A DNA stretch of 64,000 nucleotides from an archaeon (GTDB lineage Archaea > Asgardarchaeota > Thorarchaeia > Thorarchaeales > Thorarchaeaceae), in the NCBI GenBank assembly GCA_024276825.1, contig JAJRWI010000015.1, positions 1-64,000 on the forward strand, written 5' to 3'. This document shows, one piece after another, positions 58,700 to 64,000 of this stretch. How positions within the stretch are numbered: the first letter of the stretch is position 1; every line of letters begins with the position of its first letter. The notes under the pieces are model-generated. The model was not told where the DNA came from, did no database searches, and worked only from the letters and a program-made list of their open reading frames with translations. A program made the position numbers and the translations under genes.

Positions 58700-58980
58700 A
58701 CATTGAACCTATGAGTATTATCAATGCAGAATTAATAGGTCTTCACACTCATGTGGTTGCTTCCAGTGATCCGGGTCAAGTGTGTAATGAAGGCAAGATA
58801 ATAGATGAAACACGCGAGATGTTCTACATAAAACAGGACAGCAGAGTGATCAAAGTTCCAAAGAGTATTGCTGTGTTTGACTTCACTTTACCAGATGGCA
58901 CAATTGTGAGAGTGAATGGTAAGATACTGAGGGGACGGCCTGAAGAGAGACTGAAGAAGAGCCTGAGGAGGAGATGGTGA
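58696..58980 (+). CDS. rnp1: Ribonuclease P protein component 1 (Rpp29)
   Basis: ELIGL...GKIIDET...GRPEERLK; canonical position in the cluster. Confidence 0.9.
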   Translation: MNIEPMSIINAELIGLHTHVVASSDPGQVCNEGKIIDETREMFYIKQDSRVIKVPKSIAVFDFTLPDGTIVRVNGKILRGRPEERLKKSLRRRW

Positions 58981-58981
58981 G

Positions 58982-59344
58982 ATGGCCAAGGCAGGACAAA
59001 AAGTTCGAAACATTGGAATCCCAAATATTGAACCGCCAGAGAGAACATGTGATGATCCAAACTGTCCATTCCATGGAAGCCTACCTGTAAGAGGTAGAAT
59101 CATGGAGGGCATTATAACAAGCGTGAAGATGCACAAGACAATAACGTTTCAGATGGATTATCTGGCACTTATCAAGAAATACATGAGATATGAGAGAAGG
59201 CGTTCAAAGAAGCATGCACACCTTCCACCATGTCTGGATGCCAAACCAGGCGACACTGTGAGAGTTGTTGAGTGTAGACCATTAAGCAAGACCGTATCAT
59301 GCGTAGTAGTTTCGGTGACACCTGCAAAGATAGAGGAGGAGTGA
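58982..59344 (+). CDS. rps17: 30S ribosomal protein uS17
   Basis: CPFHG..VRG, ECRPLSKT. Confidence 0.95.
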   Translation: MAKAGQKVRNIGIPNIEPPERTCDDPNCPFHGSLPVRGRIMEGIITSVKMHKTITFQMDYLALIKKYMRYERRRSKKHAHLPPCLDAKPGDTVRVVECRPLSKTVSCVVVSVTPAKIEEE

Positions 59345-59348
59345 AAGA

Positions 59349-59771
59349 ATGTCAAGAAAGGTCGGTCGAGGAATCAGAAAGTTCATTCCTAGAATTGCAC
59401 GAGGCCTCCCGATTGGAGCAAAGATCATCTGCGCAGACAACTCAGGAGCTCGTGAGTTGAGGATAATCACTGTTCTTGGCTATAAGGGTAAGCTTAGGAA
59501 GCTTGGTAAAGCAGGCATTGGAGACCGTGTCAATGTGTCTGTGACCAAGGGCAAGCAGGAGATGAGAAAGCAGGTGCTTCAAGCTGTGATTGTTCGTCAG
59601 AGGAAGCCCTACAGAAGACCAGATGGTACATGGATGCAGTTTGAGGATAATGCTGCCGTGTTGATCAAGCCAGGCGGTGAGCCACAAGGTTCTGAACTCA
59701 GAGGTCCCATGGCACGAGAGGTCACCCTGCGATGGCCAAGAGTGGCTGCCATTGCATCGAAAATTGTGTGA
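59349..59771 (+). CDS. rpl14: 50S ribosomal protein uL14
   Basis: CADNSGA, FEDNAAV. Confidence 0.95.
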   Translation: MSRKVGRGIRKFIPRIARGLPIGAKIICADNSGARELRIITVLGYKGKLRKLGKAGIGDRVNVSVTKGKQEMRKQVLQAVIVRQRKPYRRPDGTWMQFEDNAAVLIKPGGEPQGSELRGPMAREVTLRWPRVAAIASKIV

Positions 59772-59782
59772 GGTTGAGATAG

Positions 59783-60169
59783 ATGACAAAGAAACCGAGT
59801 CCAAAGTCCCCACGGAAGCAGCGAAGGCGGATTTACAAAGCCCCCCTTCATGCTAAGAGAAAGTTCCTCAGATGCAGATTGGATCAGTTCTTGCAGGAAG
59901 AGTATGGTCTACGTAATCTTCCTATAAAGAAGGGAGACCTTGTGAAAGTTATGAGAGGACAGTTTAGAGACACAGAAGGCAAAGTAGTAGGCGTGGACTA
60001 CAGCAAGGTTCGTGTCTATATTGACAGTGCGACCACAAACAAGGCCAATGGCACAGAGGTGCAAATACCAATCCATCCTTCCAATCTCATGATTGTCAAA
60101 TTAGAGCTGGACAATGAGAGAAAACAACTCATAGAGAGTAAAATGGTCCAGATTGCGGAGAGTGAGTAA
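59783..60169 (+). CDS. rpl24: 50S ribosomal protein uL24
   Basis: PRKQR, KGDLVKVMRG, IHPSN. Confidence 0.95.
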   Translation: MTKKPSPKSPRKQRRRIYKAPLHAKRKFLRCRLDQFLQEEYGLRNLPIKKGDLVKVMRGQFRDTEGKVVGVDYSKVRVYIDSATTNKANGTEVQIPIHPSNLMIVKLELDNERKQLIESKMVQIAESE

Positions 60170-60925
60170 ATGGCAAGAAGAGGCCAAAAGAAACATCTGA
60201 AAAGACTACCAGCACCAAGACACTGGCCCATTAAGAGAAAGGCAGGAAAGTTCACAACCAGAGTTATTCCTGGCCCTCATCCAAAGGAGCACTGCTTGAC
60301 TCTTGCAATCCTCCTTAGAGAGGTTCTTAGTTATGCTGAGAACATGAGAGAAGTGAAGGCCATATTGAACACTGGCCAAGTCATTGTGGATGGCCGTGTG
60401 AGAAAGGAGCCTCGCTATCCAGTAGGACTTATGGATGTAATAGAGATCAAGAACTCTGGCGACAGATTCAGACTCTTACCAAAGAAGGGTGGTGGTCTCA
60501 GACTAGTCAGAATTGATGAGAGCGAGATCGGATACAAGCTCTGCAGAATTGAGAAGAAGATAATGGTGCCTGGCGGAAAGCTTCAGATGACACTTCACGA
60601 CGGAAGAAACATTTTGTTGGCTGATGGTGAGAAGCCATCAGACTATAAGACTTTGGACACATTGAAAATCACTGTTCCAGAGCAGAAACTTGTTTCGAAG
60701 ATTCCTCTTGAAACAGGTGTATACGCAATCGTCACGCAAGGCCGAAACATCGGAATCGAGGGCAAAGTTGTTGAGATTGAGAGAAGATTTGGTACTCATG
60801 CCAGTACTGTGACAATTGAAGACCCTAATGGTAATAGATTCCAGACAGCTCTCGAGTATGTATTCGCTGTTGGCAAGGATAAACCCGAAGTAAGTCTTAG
60901 TTATGAGGGGGTTGTTAACGAATGA
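60170..60925 (+). CDS. rps4e: 30S ribosomal protein eS4
   Basis: HLKRLPAP..W, PGPH, PVGLMDVI. Confidence 0.95.
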   Translation: MARRGQKKHLKRLPAPRHWPIKRKAGKFTTRVIPGPHPKEHCLTLAILLREVLSYAENMREVKAILNTGQVIVDGRVRKEPRYPVGLMDVIEIKNSGDRFRLLPKKGGGLRLVRIDESEIGYKLCRIEKKIMVPGGKLQMTLHDGRNILLADGEKPSDYKTLDTLKITVPEQKLVSKIPLETGVYAIVTQGRNIGIEGKVVEIERRFGTHASTVTIEDPNGNRFQTALEYVFAVGKDKPEVSLSYEGVVNE

Positions 60926-61506
60926 GCATTCCAGATGAACAACTTGAGAAGATATTCGTTGATGACTGGGAAGCATTCCCCATGAGAAAGCCACATATTT
61001 CGAAGGTCGTTGTCGATATGTGTACTGGCGGTGGGGAACAGCTTAATCGTGCAGAAACTATACTCGAGATGTTGACAGGACAGAAACCAGTCAGATCAAG
61101 GGCAAAGCAAACAGTCAGAGACTTTGGAATACGAAGAAAGGAGCCGATTGCAGTACGTGTGACGCTAAGACATGAGAAGGCCATTGATTTCTTGAAAAGA
61201 GCACTTGAGGCAAAGGAGAATGTGCTTCTGCTAAAGAATTGGGATGAAGATGGAAACTTCGCATTTGGAATCGCCGAGCACATTGACATACCTGGTGTCA
61301 AATATGACCCGCAACTGGGAATTCAGGGAATGAATATCACTGTGTGTGTGGAGCGGCCAGGATATAGAGTGAAACGGAGAAGGAAGCAGCGGACAAAGGT
61401 ACCATATCGACATCGACTAACTCCTGAAGAGAGTATGATCTTCATCAGGAAAGAGTTTGGAATTGAAATACTGGAGAAGCCAAGAGAGAGGACCTATCTC
61501 TTCTAG
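60922..61506 (+). CDS. rpl5: 50S ribosomal protein uL5
   Basis: TGQKPV, FGIRR, GNFAFGI.EHID. Confidence 0.95.
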   Translation: MSIPDEQLEKIFVDDWEAFPMRKPHISKVVVDMCTGGGEQLNRAETILEMLTGQKPVRSRAKQTVRDFGIRRKEPIAVRVTLRHEKAIDFLKRALEAKENVLLLKNWDEDGNFAFGIAEHIDIPGVKYDPQLGIQGMNITVCVERPGYRVKRRRKQRTKVPYRHRLTPEESMIFIRKEFGIEILEKPRERTYLF

Positions 61507-61518
61507 AGGTGAGCACAG

Positions 61519-61692
61519 ATGAGTACAGCGAAGAAAATGAAGGGAAAGAAGAGCAAGAAGATTGGAAAGGGCAGTAGGACTTGCGTTCGATGCCAAACAC
61601 ATCAGGCAATCATACGCTCATATGGACTCAACATGTGCCGCCGATGCTTCAGAGAAACCGCTGAAAAGCTTGGATTCCGTAAGTATAGTTAA
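61519..61692 (+). CDS. rps14: 30S ribosomal protein uS14 (Zn-binding)
   Basis: Hand translation ...[10 protein letters not shown]...[23 protein letters not shown]; missing from the ORF track. Confidence 0.95.
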   Translation: MSTAKKMKGKKSKKIGKGSRTCVRCQTHQAIIRSYGLNMCRRCFRETAEKLGFRKYS

Positions 61693-61709
61693 GGGAGGTC
61701 GTGAAAGAG

Positions 61710-62102
61710 ATGACACTATTAGACCCGTTGGCAGATGCGATGTCAAGCATTTACAATAGCGAGCTTGTGGGCAAGCCAGAGGTAATCATTGCCCCAGCAT
61801 CCAGCTTGATAGAGCGAGTGCTGCGTGTGATGCAAGCGAATGGCTACATTGGTGAGTTTGAGAAGATTGATGATGGAAAGGCTGGAAGGTTCAGAATCCA
61901 GCTCATGGGACGTACAAACAAATGCGGAGTCATCAAGCCACGATATCCCGTAAAGCGTGATGGGTTTGAGAAGTTTGAGAAACGGTTTCTGCCAGCATAC
62001 AACTTTGGAATACTCATCGTGACTACTCCTCAGGGAGTGATGACTCACGAAGAGGCCAAAAGGCGTGGAATCGGAGGCAGACTACTAGCCTACGTGTATT
62101 GA
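61710..62102 (+). CDS. rps8: 30S ribosomal protein uS8
   Basis: [31 protein letters not shown]. Confidence 0.95.
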   Translation: MTLLDPLADAMSSIYNSELVGKPEVIIAPASSLIERVLRVMQANGYIGEFEKIDDGKAGRFRIQLMGRTNKCGVIKPRYPVKRDGFEKFEKRFLPAYNFGILIVTTPQGVMTHEEAKRRGIGGRLLAYVY

Positions 62103-62109
62103 GGGATCT

Positions 62110-62676
62110 ATGATGTCTGGAGAATATATCTACGAGCGAAGGATTAAGATACCTGAAGACTGCAAGGTCACGCTGGAAGGAAAGACTATCACAGTGTCAG
62201 GGCCCAAGGGCACACTCACACGTGACTTTCCTGAACCACAGACCACATTGTCAATTCAGAACGATGAAGTTGTGGCTTACACAACCATCAAGAGAAAGCG
62301 TGCCCGTGCTCTTGTAGGGACCATTATCGCTCATCTCAGAAACATGTTCATCGGAGTTCAACATGGTTATACTTACGAGATGAAAATTGTCTACAGCCAC
62401 TTCCCCATCACTGTAGAGGTTCATGGTAAAGAAATCTACATCAAGAACTTCATTGGCGAGAGAGGGATCAGGAAGACCCGCATAGTGGGGGATGTAGATA
62501 TCAAGATCACAGAAGATGAAGTCATCATCAGTGGCATAGACATTGAACATGTCGCACAGACTGCTGCTAACATTCAGCTTGCGACAAAAATCAGGGACAA
62601 GGACAGACGTGTGTTCCTTGATGGTATCTATGTCATCAGAAAGAGAAAGGGTGAATCTGTCAAGTCCATAGTCTAG
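62110..62676 (+). CDS. rpl6: 50S ribosomal protein uL6
   Basis: YSHFPI, NFIGE, DRRVFLDGIY. Confidence 0.95.
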   Translation: MMSGEYIYERRIKIPEDCKVTLEGKTITVSGPKGTLTRDFPEPQTTLSIQNDEVVAYTTIKRKRARALVGTIIAHLRNMFIGVQHGYTYEMKIVYSHFPITVEVHGKEIYIKNFIGERGIRKTRIVGDVDIKITEDEVIISGIDIEHVAQTAANIQLATKIRDKDRRVFLDGIYVIRKRKGESVKSIV

Positions 62677-62687
62677 GAGGCCAAGAG

Positions 62688-63611
62688 ATGTCAAAGAAAC
62701 CAAAGTTGGGAGATATTCCTGGTATTGGCCCTAAAATTGAGGAGAAACTCAGAGAGGCAGGCATTAAGACCCCTCTTAAGCTCAGTAGGGCAGATCCTGT
62801 AAAGTTGGCGGCCAAAGTAAATGGTCTGAGTGAGAAGAAGGCTGCAACACTGATTGAGGCTGCTAAGAAGATCATTCAGGCTCAAGAGGCTGACAAACAA
62901 GCCAAGGAAGAGAAGCCCAAGAAGACAGTCAAAAAGGAGAAGCCTAAGAAGAAGGCTCCAAAGGTAGAAGAGCCCAAGGTGGCTCCTAAGAAGAAGACAA
63001 CCAAGAAAGTTGAAGAGAAACCAGAGGCTGCTCCAAAGAAGCAGGAAACAAAGCCAGAACCACCTAAGAAGGAAGCCCCCAAGAAAAAGAGGAAGCCTTC
63101 TAAAAGGAAGCAGGCTGAGAAGCCCAAGAAGGTCACAAAGAAGCAAGAGCCCCTTACCAGGGAAACTCTTGTCGATCCAAGATTATGGAGAATTGCATAT
63201 GAGAAGCGGCGCAGACAGCCCAAGTTTCATCATGAGCAAGCTCATCGTTGGGTTCGTGTCAAGAGATCATGGAGAAAGGTTAGAGGTATTGACAGTGCCA
63301 CACGCGAGAAGCGTAAGGGACGTCCCATAATGGTGAGTGCAGGATACAGAAAGCCCAGAAAGGCAAGGGGAATTCACCCATCAAGGTATATTGAGGTCCT
63401 AGTTCACAGGCCCGAAGAACTCAAGGGTCTGGACCCAGAGCTTCATGCAGTCAGGATTGGAGGTACCGTTGGTAATCGTAAACGACAGGAGATAATCTCC
63501 CAAGCTGATGCAATGCTCATTAGAGTTCTCAATCCAGGAGCTGCAGAAACTGTGGAGGAGGAGGAACTCTTTGCAGATCTAGAGGGTATTGAAGACCTGG
63601 AGGTTGACTAG
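62688..63611 (+). CDS. rpl32e: 50S ribosomal protein eL32 with N-terminal HhH domain and Lys-rich linker
   Basis: IPGIGP HhH; WRKVRGIDS, GYR, RGIHPS, RVLNP eL32 core. Confidence 0.92.
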   Translation: MSKKPKLGDIPGIGPKIEEKLREAGIKTPLKLSRADPVKLAAKVNGLSEKKAATLIEAAKKIIQAQEADKQAKEEKPKKTVKKEKPKKKAPKVEEPKVAPKKKTTKKVEEKPEAAPKKQETKPEPPKKEAPKKKRKPSKRKQAEKPKKVTKKQEPLTRETLVDPRLWRIAYEKRRRQPKFHHEQAHRWVRVKRSWRKVRGIDSATREKRKGRPIMVSAGYRKPRKARGIHPSRYIEVLVHRPEELKGLDPELHAVRIGGTVGNRKRQEIISQADAMLIRVLNPGAAETVEEEELFADLEGIEDLEVD

Positions 63612-63612
63612 A

Positions 63613-64000
63613 ATGAAACTTACAACACAGAAGCGTCTGGCAGCACAAGTAATGGGAGTCGGAGTTTCCAGAGTATGGATTGACCCAGAATTTGAAGATG
63701 AGGTTTCACTAGCTATTACCAAAGACGATATCAGACGCCTTATTGACGAGGGAGCAATCCAGGTCAAGCAAAAGACAGGTGTGAGCAGAGGTCGTGCCCG
63801 TTTCAAGCAGGCCCAGAAGAGAAAGGGACAGAGACGTGGCCCAGGCAGAAGAAAGGGCAAATACACTGCGAAAATATCGCGCAAAGAGCGATGGATGATG
63901 AAGATTCGGCCGTTAAGGAAGGAACTCAAGAGGCTCAGAGATGAGGGCCGAATCACAAGGAAAGTCTATCGCATGTTGTATCTCAAAGCAAAAGGCAATG
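63613..64000 (+). CDS. rpl19e: 50S ribosomal protein eL19 (runs off the window)
   Basis: MKLTTQKRLAAQVMGVGVSRVWIDP...RRGPGRRKG. Confidence 0.95.
   Translation, partial: MKLTTQKRLAAQVMGVGVSRVWIDPEFEDEVSLAITKDDIRRLIDEGAIQVKQKTGVSRGRARFKQAQKRKGQRRGPGRRKGKYTAKISRKERWMMKIRPLRKELKRLRDEGRITRKVYRMLYLKAKGN

Noticed and set aside
184-63956. Numerous short antisense or overlapping ORFs in the track (e.g. 184..462, 1630..2136, 49717..50310, 61562..61759, 62691..63146)
   Set aside because: They are shadows of well-supported genes on the other strand or frame, with no motifs of their own.

Overview
Archaeal chromosomal window, most likely an Asgard archaeon (Thorarchaeia-like). This is an inference from the archaeal ribosomal proteins, two TFBs, GGGP synthase, a roadblock/LC7 protein, a Get3-type ATPase and a selenocysteine (Sec) biosynthesis cluster. 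Left to right it holds: large wHTH regulators and acr3; a putative nucleobase-catabolism region (amidohydrolase, two ferredoxin+AOR pairs, DHODH/PreA-like protein, cyclic amidohydrolase, PfkB, MoaD); leuS; a Sec cluster (pstK, tRNA-Sec, orphan ORF, spcS, selB); housekeeping genes; and the rpl22-to-rpl19e ribosomal protein cluster. Signals the ORF track misses: (1) a ~182-bp dispersed element in three copies with invariant ends and subterminal TTGGAC/GTCCAA arrays, two copies of which sit at gene-truncating junctions; (2) a membrane microprotein with a possible Sec (UGA) readthrough; (3) a 32-aa membrane microprotein coupled to the Get3-like ATPase; (4) a long structured RNA leader before rpl22; (5) a histidine kinase split by an in-frame TAG. 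All product calls come from motif recognition by eye; no database searches were run.
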